Shown here one piece after another: positions 28,833 to 46,771 of a stretch of 64,000 nucleotides of DNA. This stretch comes from Octopus vulgaris (Eukaryota), in NCBI GenBank assembly GCA_951406725.2, contig OX597839.1, positions 15,252,001-15,316,000 on the forward strand, read 5' to 3'. The number at the start of each line of letters is the position of its first letter. Positions within the stretch are counted from its first letter, which is position 1. Position numbers and translations under genes: made by a program. The notes beneath the pieces are model-generated. The model did not search any database and was not told the DNA's origin. It was given only the letters and a program-made list of their open reading frames with translations.

Positions 28833-29195
28833 GTATGTATATATATATATATATATGTGAATGTATATATATGTATATATATATATATATAATATATATA
28901 TATATGTATATATATATATGTATATATATATAAATATATATATATATATGTATATATATATATGTATATATATATAAATATATATATATGTATATATAAA
29001 TATATATATGTATATATATATATATATAGGTAAATATATATACATGTAAATATATATATATATAAATATGTAAATATATATATATGTAAATATATATATA
29101 TGTATATACATATATATGTAAATATATATATATAAATATATATATATGTATATATATATATATGTAAATATATATTTATGTAAATATATATATAT

Positions 29196-30527
29196 GAGGC
29201 TGCCTATCACAGCTCCTGCAACACTATGACTGGGTGTTGAAACAGCTACTAAATGTGGATGTAATATATCTCGACTTTGCAAAAGCCTTTGATAAAGTCG
29301 ACCATTGTATGATCTGTCACAAACTGCGTGGTCTCGGCATAGGCGGGAAACTTGGAGAGTGGCTGCACAACTTCCTAAAAGACAGAAAACAGGCAGTTGT
29401 GAGCAATGGAGCCACCTCCAAGGAAACGCAAATAACAAGCGGTGTCCCACAGGGCACTGTCTTGGGGCCACTGATGTTCATAGTGGCCCTTTCAGACATG
29501 CCTTCAGTTGCTACGATGACCACCCTTGCTAGCTATGCAGATGACACAAAAGTCTCCCACGCAATACAAAACCCTGAAAATATTGCGCATCTGCAACATG
29601 AGCTGGACACAATATACAGGTGGGCTGAGGACAACAACATGCAGTTTAATGCAGGTAAGTTCCAGGCCCTGCGCTACTGGCACACAAAGGTAAATTACCG
29701 GAAGACTGGATACACTGGCCCAGGAAGAATTGCAATCCCTGAGTCAAAATCAGTGCGTGACCTGGGCATTGACATGAGCAATGATGCATCTTTCCAAATG
29801 CATATTGCTAATCTGGTGATAAAATGCAGACGGCTAGCTGGATGGATTCTCTGAACTTTCAGAACAAGAGAGAAGGAGACACTGATGGTCCTATGGAAAA
29901 CATTCGTCCCCAGCCGAGTGGACTACTGCTCCCAACTTTGGTCACCACACAATATAAAACAAACAGCAGAACTCGAAGCAACTCAGAGAAGCTACACAAA
30001 GAAAATCGTCTCAATGCAAAATATCAGCTACTGGGAAAGACTGAAGGTATTAAACCTCTTCTCCCTAGAGCGGAGGCGGGAGAGATATGCAGTGATATAC
30101 ATCTGGAAAATCCTGGAGGGTCTTGTCCCAAACTTTGGCATTCAAAGTTACTCCAACTGCAGAACGGGGCGCCGCTGCGTGGTGCCAAGGATTCCAACAT
30201 CACCATCAAAATACAGATCCAGATACTGCAACAGCTTGGGTTTCAAAGGACCACAGCTCTTTAACATCCTCCCTAAATGCCTGAGAGACTTACATGGTGT
30301 GGATGTGGGTTTCTTTAAAACTAAACTGGATCTCTTCTTGTTGGGAGTCCCAGATGAACCTACCTCACGACAGGAGACGTGGATGCGGGCAGCAGCATCG
30401 AACTCCCTTGTTGATCAAGTGCCACGTATCAGAGGTGGATTCACAAACTAGTGTAGCTCATTCAGCAGTGGTGCCCCAGCATGGCCGCGGCCTTCGGGCT
30501 AAAACATTTTTAAGGATTTAAGGATTT
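29196..30527 (+). mobile_element. LINE family B, 5'-truncated RT with a stop at 29852-29854
   Basis: ORFs 29234-29854 and 29885-30451. (TAAGGATT)n tail. Confidence 0.93.
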
Positions 30528-30569
30528 ATGTATATATATATATATATATATGTAAATATATATATGTAA

Positions 30570-30600
<31 letters not shown>

Positions 30601-30808
30601 TATATAAATATATATATATGTAAATATATATATATGTAAATATATATATATGTATATATATATATGTAAATATATATATATATATATATATGTAAATATA
30701 TATATGTAAATATATATATATATACATATATATATATGTATATATATATATATAAGTATATATGTATATACATATATATATGCATATATATATATATATA
30801 TATATATA

Positions 30809-30852
<44 letters not shown>

Positions 30853-30857
<5 letters not shown>

Positions 30858-31190
30858 AGGCGCATAGCTCAGTGGTTAGAGCATCGAGCTTACGATCGTG
30901 TGGTTGTGAGCTCGAATCCCGGACCGGGCTGCGTGTTGTGTTCTTGAGCAAGGCACTTTATTTCACGTTGCTCCAGTTCACTCAACTGTAGAAATGAGTT
31001 GCGACGTCACAGGTGCCAAGCTGTATCGGCCTTTGTCTTTCGCTTGGATAACACTGGTGGTGTGGAGAGGGGAGGCCGGTATGCATGGGGGACTGCTGGT
31101 CTTCCATAAACAACCTTGCCCGGACTTGTGTCTAGGAGGGTAACTTTCTAGGTGCAATCCCATGGTCATTCATGACCGAAGGGGGTCTTT
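30853..31190 (+). mobile_element. tRNA-derived SINE
   Basis: A-box tagctcagtggttagagc, B-box gctcgaatcc, and 3' ggtgcaatcccatggtc hairpin tail. Confidence 0.9.
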
Positions 31191-31205
31191 ATATATAAAT
31201 ATATG

Positions 31206-31238
<33 letters not shown>

Positions 31239-31249
31239 GAATATATAAG

Positions 31250-31294
<45 letters not shown>

Positions 31295-31315
31295 GTATAT
31301 ATATGTATATATATG

Positions 31316-31371
<56 letters not shown>

Positions 31372-31534
31372 CATATATATACATTTACATATATATATAT
31401 ATACATATATATATATTTACATATATATATATATTTACATATATATATATATATTTACATATATATATACACATACATATATATTTACATATATATATAT
31501 ATACATATATATTTACATATATATATATATTTAC

Positions 31535-31595
<61 letters not shown>

Positions 31596-31816
31596 AATAT
31601 ATATATATATGTATATATATATATATGTAAATATATATATGTATGTAAATATATATATATATGTATATATATATATGTAAATATATATATATGTAAACAT
31701 ATATATATATATATGTATATATATATGTAAATATATATATATATATGTAAATATATATATATGTAAACATATATATATGTAAATATATATATATGTAAAT
31801 ATATATAAATATGTGA

Positions 31817-31847
<31 letters not shown>

Positions 31848-31997
31848 GGTAAACATATATATATGTAAATATATATATATATGTATATATATGTAAATAT
31901 ATATATATGTATATATATATTTATATGTATATATTTATATGTATTTATATATATATGTAAATATATATATATGTATATATATATGTATATATATATT

Positions 31998-32028
<31 letters not shown>

Positions 32029-32069
32029 GTAAATATATATATATGTATATATATATATATATGCATATA

Positions 32070-35200
<3,131 letters not shown>

Positions 35201-35202
35201 AC

Positions 35203-35302
<100 letters not shown>

Positions 35303-35316
35303 ATATATATACATAT

Positions 35317-35374
<58 letters not shown>

Positions 35375-35388
35375 ATATATATACATAT

Positions 35389-35444
<56 letters not shown>

Positions 35445-35556
35445 ATATATATACATATATACATGTATATATATATATATTCATATATATATATATAAAG
35501 ATATATATACATATATACATGTATATATATATATATATATATACATATAAATATAC

Positions 35557-35602
<46 letters not shown>

Positions 35603-35684
35603 TATATATATATACATATACATATATATATACATATATATATATATATACATATATATATATTTATATATATATATATATATA

Positions 35685-36082
35685 CAAGCAGTATCGCCCG
35701 GCGTTGCTCGGGTTTGTAAGGGAAGTAACTATATAAGCATTTTTAGAGAGTTATAGCCAAAAAGTAGCAAAAAAATGCATTAAAAATGGAAAAATTATGA
35801 TGGTAAATTTTTTTTTAAATCGTTGACTCATCGTAGACATTTTTAGAGAGTTACTTCCCTTATATAATAGCGAAAAAATGCATTGAAATGGAAAAAAATT
35901 ATGGTAAATTTTTTTTTAAATCGTAGACTCATCGTAGACGCGCGCTAATAGCCTGAAGGGCTCGATATGAATCACGACTATAAGATACCCTGTTTTGGTT
36001 AAACTGCACCGCAAAATGTGGGAGTAGTTAGGAATCTAAATCGTAGGAGGCAGACACACAACTTCACTTTTATATATAAAGA
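35685..36082 (-). mobile_element. Non-autonomous Helitron
   Basis: Minus strand has 5' TC(tttatatataaa), 3' hairpin cccgagcaacgccggg and a CTTG end. A|T insertion site. Confidence 0.75.
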
Positions 36083-36275
36083 TTATTGTTTATATTTTGA
36101 ATTACATACAGGATGATCCAAAAGTAGGTTTACAGTTATTCAACTATCTCTTTCGCATTCATATATAAACAGTTTAGATATTAATTATTAAAAAAATATT
36201 CTATGCTAATTTAGTTAATTGTAAGCTAGAAGTTTAAAGGTAATAAAATGTTTTTAAAGAAATCTCAGGTGCCTA

Positions 36276-36500
36276 TTACTCTTTTACTCTTTTACTTGTT
36301 TCAGTCATTTGACTGCGGCCATGCTGGAGCACCGCCTTTAGTCGAGCAAATCGACCCCGAGACTTATTCTTTGTAAGCCCAGTACTTATTCTATCGGTCT
36401 CTTTTGCCGAACCGCTAAGTGACGGGGACGTAAACACACCAGCATTGGTTGTCAAGCAATGCTAGGGGGACAAACACAGACACACAAACACACACACACA
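36276..36500 (-). mobile_element. SINE 3' half with a LINE-like tail
   Basis: Minus strand reads ...ggcggtgctccagcatggccgcagtcaaatgactgaaac followed by (agtaaaag)n. Confidence 0.8.
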
Positions 36501-36512
36501 TATATATATATA

Positions 36513-36909
36513 CTGGCAGTATCGCCCGGCGTTGCTCGGGTTTGTAAGGGAAGTAACTATATAAGCATTTTTAGAGAGTTATAGCCAAAAAATAGCAAAA
36601 AAAATGCATTAAAAATTGAAAAAAAATTAAGGTAAATTTTTTTTTAAATCTTTGACACATCGTAGATATTTTTAGAGAGTTACTTCCCTTATATAAAAGC
36701 GAAAAAAATGCATTAAAATGGAAAAATATGATGGTAAATTTTTTTTAAATCGTAGACTCATCGTAGACGCACGCTAATACCCAGAAGGGCTCGATATGAA
36801 TCACGACTATAAGATACCCGCTTTTGGTTAAACTGCACCGCAAAATGTGGGAGTAGTCAGGAATCTAAATCGTAGGAGACAGACACACAACTTCACTCTT
36901 ATATAAAGA
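36513..36909 (-). mobile_element. Non-autonomous Helitron, second copy
   Basis: Homologous to 35685-36082. Ends in CCAG. Confidence 0.75.
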
Positions 36910-37869
36910 TGCTTTTTTTTTCAGTCATAGAGTTAGATTTATGAAGGTCTTCAGTAGAAAATCCTTCGAATTCTGACTCGCTGCTTGATATAATGAAATT
37001 CGTATCCATTTTTTGTCAGAATTACAAATTTTGAAAACACAATAGGAACAAATTTCGGAAAAAAATCTCCCATAATTCACGGAATTAAAATTACACTTCG
37101 ATTTTTGTACAAAACTGTAGTTGAAGTGTTTACGAAGTATAATACGTGTTTTCACGAATGTACTAAAGAGATTTGCTCTGATATTCTCATTTAAATATGA
37201 ATAGGTAAATTCGGGCGGCTTGGTAACGAAAGGGTTAAACGGATGCATACATTTATTAATCTCTTATTATAATAACTATATATAAGTGTCGTCTGTTTAT
37301 ACATAAACACTGTTTCATACTGCAATTATATATACATATATCTATATATAATATTATATAATAAAATATATACAGAGTAAAATAAAAACCAATTTACCTT
37401 TTCTGTCCGTCCGTGTGTCTTTGCAAATGTTTTGGAATGATAAGTGAGTTGAGTTTTGGCGCCTTTTTTACTAATAACAAACACACACGTGTTTGTATGT
37501 AGTTGTATGTGTATGTAGTTGTATGTAGTTGTATATGTATGTGTATGCGTGTGTGTGAGGAATGACACACACACACACTCACGCACGCACACATGTACAT
37601 CAATGCTTTCGGAGTGATATGTTAAAATATTGAGTTTTCTCGAATTTTGTCTTAATTGGGGCTGAAATTGAAAGAAATATATTATGGCATGATCGAATGG
37701 AGTACTTTGAAAAATCTTAGGTAAATTCTAATTGAAGAAATTGTGTGAGGAGTAAATGGTTATGTATTTATTTGTTTCTGTTTGCTGTGTTTTTTTATTT
37801 TTTGAGTAGTGGTTTAAATACTTTCAGTTTAGTCTTCCTCAAATCACTCTGTCGCTATTTACTTTCATT

Positions 37870-38246
37870 TTATTCGTTGCACACTGTGTGTGTGCGTTTG
37901 CGTGTGGTGTAAACCAGACTAAGAAAAGCATTTGACACACACACCAGAATGTGAGTTTTCTGTAAATTTTGCTTAATTGGAGTTTAAATTTTAAAAACTG
38001 GACCTGGCATGACGCGATGCATTCTACTCTTAAAAATGCTAGGTAAATTGTAATTGAAGAAATCCTATATTGTAGATTTCTATAACTCCCAAAGGGAGGC
38101 AGATAAAATCTGCCTTTTATAATAAGAGATCTCTTATTATAAAAGGCAGATTTTATCTGCCTCACATTCTGGTGTGTATGTCAAATGCTTTTCTTAATGT
38201 GGTTTACACCACACGCACACGCACACACACAGTGTGCAACGAATAA
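37870..38246. repeat. Long inverted repeat with a perfect 68-bp central palindrome (38096-38163)
   Basis: gaggcagataaaatctgccttttataataagaga|tctcttattataaaaggcagattttatctgcctc. Outer arms ~37870-37954 and 38161-38246. Confidence 0.9.
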
Positions 38247-38248
38247 TG

Positions 38249-38448
38249 TGAAACTAATTCACTTTCTGTAGTGAGTGACTATTTCACTCTACATTCCCAC
38301 TTCCACTTTACACACATAGACACGCAAATATAAACTGAAACTAATTCACTTTCTGTAGTGTGTGACTATTTCACTCTACATTCCCACTTCCACTTTACAC
38401 ACATAGACACGCAAATATGTAAATAAAATTGTAAGCTAACGTGTGTGT

Positions 38449-38508
<60 letters not shown>

Positions 38509-38892
38509 ATGCCTGTGTGTGAGGATGCCTGTGTGTGTTTGCGTGAGTGTGTGACAGGAAAGTTTTTTACAACGAATATAAGACCTATATCCAAGTAGCA
38601 GAAAGATCGCCCAAAAGTGTATATAGATATTTAAATGTATTTATATATTCATCTATACACAGATGTATGTATAATGTGTGTGTATATATTTCCATAGCGG
38701 TAACCTTTCACTCCATACAAAGTTTTTTAGGACGAATATAAGATCTAAATTATATACAAGTAGCAGAAAGATCGCACAAAAGTGTATATAGATATTTAAA
38801 TGTATTTATATATTTATCTATGCACACATATATGTATAACGTGTGTGTATATATTTCCATAGAGGTAACCATTCACTCCATACAAAGTTTTT
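38249..38892. repeat. Two short tandem duplications (~88 bp x2 and ~165 bp x2) flanking a (GT)n tract
   Basis: 38249-38330/38337-38418 and ~38559-38728/38720-38892. Confidence 0.85.
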
Positions 38893-38896
38893 TAAG

Positions 38897-41800
38897 TTTG
38901 GTGCATGAGAGAGTTCGATGCAGCTGCCCTCATCTGCACCTTCTGCCGTGATGTTGGTTCATCTGGGACACCTGACAGGAAGAGATCCAGTTTCATTTTA
39001 AAGACATCTGCATCCACCCCATGCAGGTCTCTCAGGTTCTTCGGGAGGATATTGAAGAGCTGTGGGCCTCGGAAGCCCAGGCTATATCAGTATCTTGTCC
39101 TACATCTTGATGGCAAATTTGGAGTCCTACGTACCACGCAGTGGCGCCCAGTTCTGGCATTTGTGTAACTCTCGATGCCAAAGTTTGGGACACGTCCCTC
39201 CAGGATCTTCCAGATGTATATTATGGCATATCTTTCCCGCCTACGCTCCAAGGAATATAGTTTTAATCTCTTGTTCTAAAGGTTCTGAGAATCCATCCGG
39301 CCAGTCGTCTACATTTCATTGCCAATTTAGCAACATGAACACGAAAGGTTGCGTCATCACTCATGTAAATACCCAGGTCACGCACTGATTGTGCCTCTGG
39401 GATTGCTGTTCCTCCGGGTCCAGTGTATTCATTGGGTATTGCATTTTGTTTTGCATGCTGATAGTATAAAGCTTGAAACTTTTCAGCATTGAACTGCATG
39501 CTATTCTTTTCAGCCCACTTGTATATTTTGTCCAGTTCACATTGCAAGCGTTTAGTGTCCTCAGGGTTCTGTATTGCCTGTGAAACTTTTGTATCATCTG
39601 CATAACTTGTGATCGTGGCTCTCTGCGTGGCTGAGGGCATGTCTGAGAGGGCCATTATGAACAGTAGTGGTCCCAAAACAGTGCCCTGCGGGACACCGCT
39701 CACTATTTGCGTGTTAATGGAAGTGGCCCCATTGGCTACTACCGCCTGACTTCTATCTTTCAGAAAGTCATGAAGCCATTCTCCCAGTTTTCCAACTATG
39801 TTGAGATCACGCAGTTTGTGACATATCATTCCATGATCGACTTTATCAAAGGCCTTTGCAAAGTCGAGATATATCACTTCCACATTTGAGTGGTTGAGCA
39901 GACGTTTCAGCACCCAGTCATAGTGTTGTAGGAGCTGAGTTAAACAGCTTCTCCCTGGTCGGAAACCATGTTGGGTGTCGGGCAGCAAGTCATTTTCTTC
40001 AAGGAAGGTGATCAGTTTCCTTCTGACTATTCGTTCCATGACCTTGCTGATGTGTGATGTCAGAGAGATAGGTCTGTAGTTCTTGGCCTCCGCTCTGCTA
40101 CCTCCTTTATGAATGGGGCATATGTTACCTTCCTTCAGTTTTCTTGGAGGTTTGCCAGCTGCAAGGAAGCTCTGAAAGAGGAACTGCAGTGGTCTTGCTA
40201 GGACTCTCTTACATGCTTTTAGGAGGATTGCCGGGAATCCATCGGGGCCAGTAGCTGAGTCTGTTTTCATTTCATCTATAGCCTTGATTACATCGTCTTC
40301 CTTTATATCGATGTAATCTATCGTCGCCGCCTCTGATTTTATATCTGCAGTGGTAAAGAAGTCAGTTGGATTGGTGATTTGGAGATGCCCAAGGGGTGGA
40401 GTGAAAACACTCTTGAATTGCTCATTCAGTATTTCACTTACCCTCATTGGTTTTCCTGTAAGTGTGCCATCCTTTTCAATGAGTGGCCCTATTCTACAGT
40501 GCACCGTAGCTGTTTCTTTGGCATACCTGTAGAAAGCTCTTGGGTTAGATTTTATGTTGTCTATAGCCCAGGCTTCTTTGTCTGCTCTTTCCTTTTCATG
40601 GGAGAGTTGCAGACATTTTTCAATTTCCAACAGTTCTATTTTTAGGCGGGACTTTTCACTGCTTTCAATCTGTTTGTTTAGGCGATTTGAAATTTTTGTA
40701 CGCCGTCCTCATTAAAATTTTCCTCTCTCTGGGGATTTTGTTCTTGTGTACAGTGGCTTTTCTCTCTGGGACACATTTGTAGCATATGGCTTGCATTACA
40801 GACATGAATTGTTGAAGTTTCACGTCGATGTCTGGCGAGGAGAGACATTTAGGCCAGTTTTGTTTGAGGATCTCTTTCTCAATTTCTTTCCAATTTGCCT
40901 TATGGTAGTTCAAGCTGGAAAGATTCTGAGGGTTTCTTGTAGGCTGCATGTCCGTGCTCTCTTTTGGCCCGTACATGGTCAGCTCTACCATGTTGTGATC
41001 CGAGAGTAGTGTCGGTGTCACTTTCACATTATGGATGAGATCCATGTCATTTGTGAAGCAGAGATCCAGTGTGTTACCTGCCCTGGTTGGTTGGAGTATT
41101 ACTTGCTCCATGTACAGGGTGTTGATGAGGTTCAGGAAGGACCTCGCCTGTCCTCGTTCACATCTTGTCAATCCTGGAAGAGAACGGCCCTCAGGCCATC
41201 TGACATTGGGTAGATTGAAGTCTCCCATGAGAAGTACACTTATGTGTTGTTCTAATGTGATTAGAACTTCTTCTATTTTTATAAGGCAGTCTTCAAACTT
41301 GCCTACATGGCTTGGGGCATCTGGAGGGCGATATGTAGCACACACAACTACATCGAGTTGCCTTATGTGTACAATTAGTGTGTCACACACCGAGTTTGAG
41401 TATGACAAAAGGACCTGGGGTGTGAGGTCCTCACGGATGTACATAGCAACTCCTCCATGACTCCTTTCTTTTCTGTCGGTCCGTAGTACAACATACTGTG
41501 GTATGTGTAATTCCGCATCTGCTATGTCCGGTTTCAGATGCGTTTCCGTAAGTGCTATGCATAAGGCTTGATTGCATGCGACAAAGTCTCTTAGGAACGG
41601 GATTTTTGTCCCGTTACTGAGTGTTTGCAGTCCTCTGATGTTCAGTAGGAGCATCGAGGTGAGGTGTATGTTGTTGCCGGTGGTGTCCATCTTGGGTCTG
41701 TTTGCTGTGGTGGTCTTGTATATTGTGGGTAGTCCCACCTGTGATTTGGGTTTGATGAACCCAGGTCAGCTGCTGTACAATCTTTTGTGCCATGCACAAA

Positions 41801-44738
41801 AAAGATTCTTGCTCAGCAGCTGCCCTTTCAACAACGTCATGTTGGCGGTTTGTGGCACGCACCACATCTGCGTACCTCCGTTTTGGGGCATGTGGTGCGT
41901 GGTCCATCCGTTTTCCTTGTGTTGATGGTTTTTTATCTGTTTTCGTTTCATGTCTCTGCGGCAGTGTCCCCGATGTGCAAAGCGGCAGCCTGCACCTTCC
42001 TCTCCATGCCAGAAGGTACCTCTCAAGTAGAATCTACACACCCGTGTGCGCTGTTTGTTTCCATCCCTTGCGGTTCCACTTCTATTCCTGGCTGTTTCAC
42101 CCTTTGGTCCTGCTTGAGCTTTTCCTTTAGCTCTTTCAGTCCTTCTTTTAGTTCTTCCTCCCTCTACTTCTTCCCTGGGTTCTCCATCTCCATGGCCCTT
42201 GCTGCCGGTAGGAGCATTTGTACTTGGGTTCACTTCCCGTTTCTCACTCAAAACCCTTTCCCGGGTGTCCACCAGGTGGGGGTGACTTCTTTCATCGTCT
42301 CCATCCTTGCCATCTTTGCCCTGCTCGTTCTCAAAAATGGCATCAATTGTTCCAATGTGCGACCGTACAAGCGCATAGGAGCGTTTGAATTCCTGTTTCT
42401 TTCGCTCTATCTGAGCTACCGTCCTTTTGTAGTTGCCGCTCTTCAGCGCAGCCGTAATCACATTGTTTGGGTTTTCTCCGTCGGCGCATTTCCAGGCTCG
42501 TACGAACAACGCCAGTTCGTCAGGTCTCCAGGCTCTGGACATGTTGGATAATCTATCCATTTATTTATCTATCTAATTATGTTCAAAATTCAATAGTGTG
42601 GCAGTGGGCAGAGAAGAAGCAGAGAAAGAAAGCGACTGTGCACCTAGAGAGATTGAAGCTGCAATAGAAATGAGGGATTAAGAAAATGAAAGATTGCTAA
42701 AGAGAGGGAAGATTGAAGGGCTGAAAGAAGAGAGATGAGAAGGTGAGAGAGGAAAGATTGTGACAGAGAGAAGTGGAGAAGTGAAGAGACAAGGGAAGAT
42801 TGAATGACTGAAAGAAGAGAGATGAGAAGGTGAGAGAGGAATGATTGTGACAGAGAGAAGTGGAGAAGTGAAGAGACAAGGGAAGATTGAATGACTGAAA
42901 GAAGATAGATGAGAAGGTGAGAGAGGAAAGATTGTGACAGAGAGAAGTGGAGAAGTGAAGAGACAAGGGAAGATTGAATGGCTGAAAGAAGAGAGATGAG
43001 AAGGTGAGAGAGGAAAGATTGTGACAGAGAGAAGTAGAGAAGTGAAGAGACAAGGGAAGATTGAATGGCTGAAAGAAGAGAGATGAGAAGGTGAGAGAGG
43101 AAAGATTGTGACAGAGAGAAGTAGAGAAGTGAAGAGACAAGGGAAGATTGAATGGCTGAAAGAAGAGAGATGAGAAGGTGAGAGAGGAAAGATTGTGACA
43201 GAGAGAAGTGGAGAAGTGAAGAGACAAGGGAAGATTGAATGGCTGAAAGAAGAGAGATGAGAAGGTGAGAGAGGAAAGATTGTGACAGAGAGAAGTGGAG
43301 AAGTGAAGAGACAAGGGAAGATTGAATGGCTGAAAGAAGAGAGATGAGAAGGTGAGAGAGGAAAGATTGTGACAGAGAGAAGTAGAGAAGTGAAGAGACA
43401 AGGGAAGATTGAATGGCTGAAAGAAGAGAGATGAGAAGGTGAGAGAGGAAAGATTGTGACAGAGAGAAGTGGAGAAGTGAAGAGACAAGGGAAGATTGAA
43501 TGGCTGAAAGAAGAGAGATGAGAAGGTGAGAGAGGAAAGATTGTGACAGAGAGAAGTGGAGAAGTGAAGAGACAAGGGAAGATTGAATGGCTGAAAGAAG
43601 AGAGATGAGAAGGTGAGAGAGGAAAGATTGTGACAGAGAGAAGTAGAGAAGTGAAGAGACAAGGGAAGATTGAATGGCTGAAAGAAGAGAGATGAGAAGG
43701 TGAGAGAGGAAAGATTGTGACAGAGAGAAGTGGAGAAGTGAAGAGACAAGGGAAGATTGAATGGCTGAAAGAAGAGAGATGAGAAGGTGAGAGAGGAAAG
43801 ATTGTGACAGAGAGAAGTGGAGAAGTGAAGAGACAAGGGAAGATTGAATGGCTGAAAGAAGAGAGATGAGAAGGTGAGAGAGGAAAGATTGTGACAGAGA
43901 GAAGTAGAGAAGTGAAGAGACAAGGGAAGATTGAATGGCTGAAAGAAGAGAGATGAGAAGGTGAGAGAGGAAAGATTGTGACAGAGAGAAGTAGAGAAGT
44001 GAAGAGACAAGGGAAGATTGAATGGCTGAAAGAAGAGAGATGAGAAGGTGAGAGAGGAAAGATTGTGACAGAGAGAAGTGGAGAAGTGAAGAGACAAGGG
44101 AAGATTGAATGGCTGAAAGAAGAGAGATGGTGTGATAGAGAAAAGTAAAGAGACAGAGGGAGAAAGAGTGGGGTTACGAAAGCTGCAATAGAAATGAGGG
44201 ATTAAGAAAATGAAAGATTGTTAAAGAGAGGATTGTTAAAAACGAGAAACAGATATTGAGAGAATGTAAATAAAAACGGCCTTCGTAACTTTTAACGGAG
44301 TTGCAAGCTTAAGTTAAGGGAAATAAAATAAGATAATAGATAAAATATGATAAAATATATTAAAGTGTGGAGAAGAAAGAAAGGGTTTTTTAATCCTAAA
44401 AACGAGAAACAGATATTGAGAGAAAGTAAACAAAAACGGCCTTCGTAACTTTTAACGGAGTTGCAAGCTTAAGTTAAGGGAAATAAAATAAGATAATAGA
44501 TAAAATATGAAATAGAAGATGAAAGTGATACTTATTCCAACGATGTAGTCTGGGTTTTTGTGCTTTACGGAATTATTTTCCAGGAGAGATGTTTCTTTTT
44601 CCTTTTTACAGGAGATAAATTAATTCAATAAGTGTCCACCATGTGCGTTTTCGGCGAAAAGAAAATTACTGTATTTGGCTTCAGGCAAAATATATTACGT
44701 TTTTGATTAATATATTTTTAACCAATGTGTTGTAAGTG

Positions 44739-44742
<4 letters not shown>
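38897..44742 (-). mobile_element. LINE family A, near full-length but degenerate (3' tail missing, internal deletion near 39267, frameshifts)
   Basis: ORF2 pieces 39263-40630 and 40665-41738. ORF1 pieces 41614-42560. 5'UTR extends to 44742. Confidence 0.93.
42708..44128. repeat. 87-bp GA-rich minisatellite (~16 copies) inside the LINE 5'UTR
   Basis: Unit gaagattgaatggctgaaagaagagagatgagaaggtgagagaggaaagattgtgacagagagaagtggagaagtgaagagacaagg. 29-aa periodicity in the ORF track. Confidence 0.97.
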
Positions 44743-44796
<54 letters not shown>

Positions 44797-44806
44797 TATA
44801 CATATA

Positions 44807-45856
<1,050 letters not shown>

Positions 45857-46130
45857 CATATATATATACACATATATATATACATATATACATATATATA
45901 TATATACATATATATATACATATATATATACATATATATATATACATATATATATACATATATATATATATATACATGTATATATATACATATATATATA
46001 CATATATATATATAAATACATATATATATATATACATATATACATATATATATATACATATATATATATGCATATATATATATACATATATATATATATA
46101 TGTATATCTATCTATATATATATATGTATA

Positions 46131-46195
<65 letters not shown>

Positions 46196-46234
46196 GTATA
46201 TATATATGTATATGTATATATATATATGTTCATG

Positions 46235-46304
<70 letters not shown>

Positions 46305-46407
46305 TGTATATATATTATATATATACATATATATATATATATGTATATATAGATATATATATACACATATATATATATGTATATATATAGATATATATAT
46401 ACATATG

Positions 46408-46439
<32 letters not shown>

Positions 46440-46771
46440 GATATATATATACATATACATATATATATATATATGTATATATATAGATATATATATATGG
46501 GTGTGTGTGATTGTGTATAGAAGAATATATTAATAAAAAGAATTCCAACCTTGTCTGATTTTCACGTTTTATTTACAATCTTATAATGATATATTATAAG
46601 ATAATATATTATAATTGAATAAAATAAAATGAAATAGTAGAATGTTAAATATTCATTCTGATTGAACTAGTACTTTCATGCATTGAATTCTGCAATCTTC
46701 GGGTTCATGTAGTAGTGTTGACAGTCATGCTTCACAATTTTTGACTGTAGCAAGATTACGCCAACTCTGTA

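Noticed and set aside
30853-30930. tRNA genes (also ~13145-13222 and ~17490-17567)
   Set aside because: These tRNA-like heads continue into a shared body and tail, so they are SINEs.
36925-37238. piggyBac-like end (minus strand TTAA CCCTTTCGTTACC)
   Set aside because: Only one terminus is visible; no matching inverted end was found.
42697-44097. 466-aa ORF of 29-aa repeats
   Set aside because: It is a by-product of an 87-bp minisatellite whose CT-rich strand lacks stops in this frame, and it starts at a non-ATG codon.
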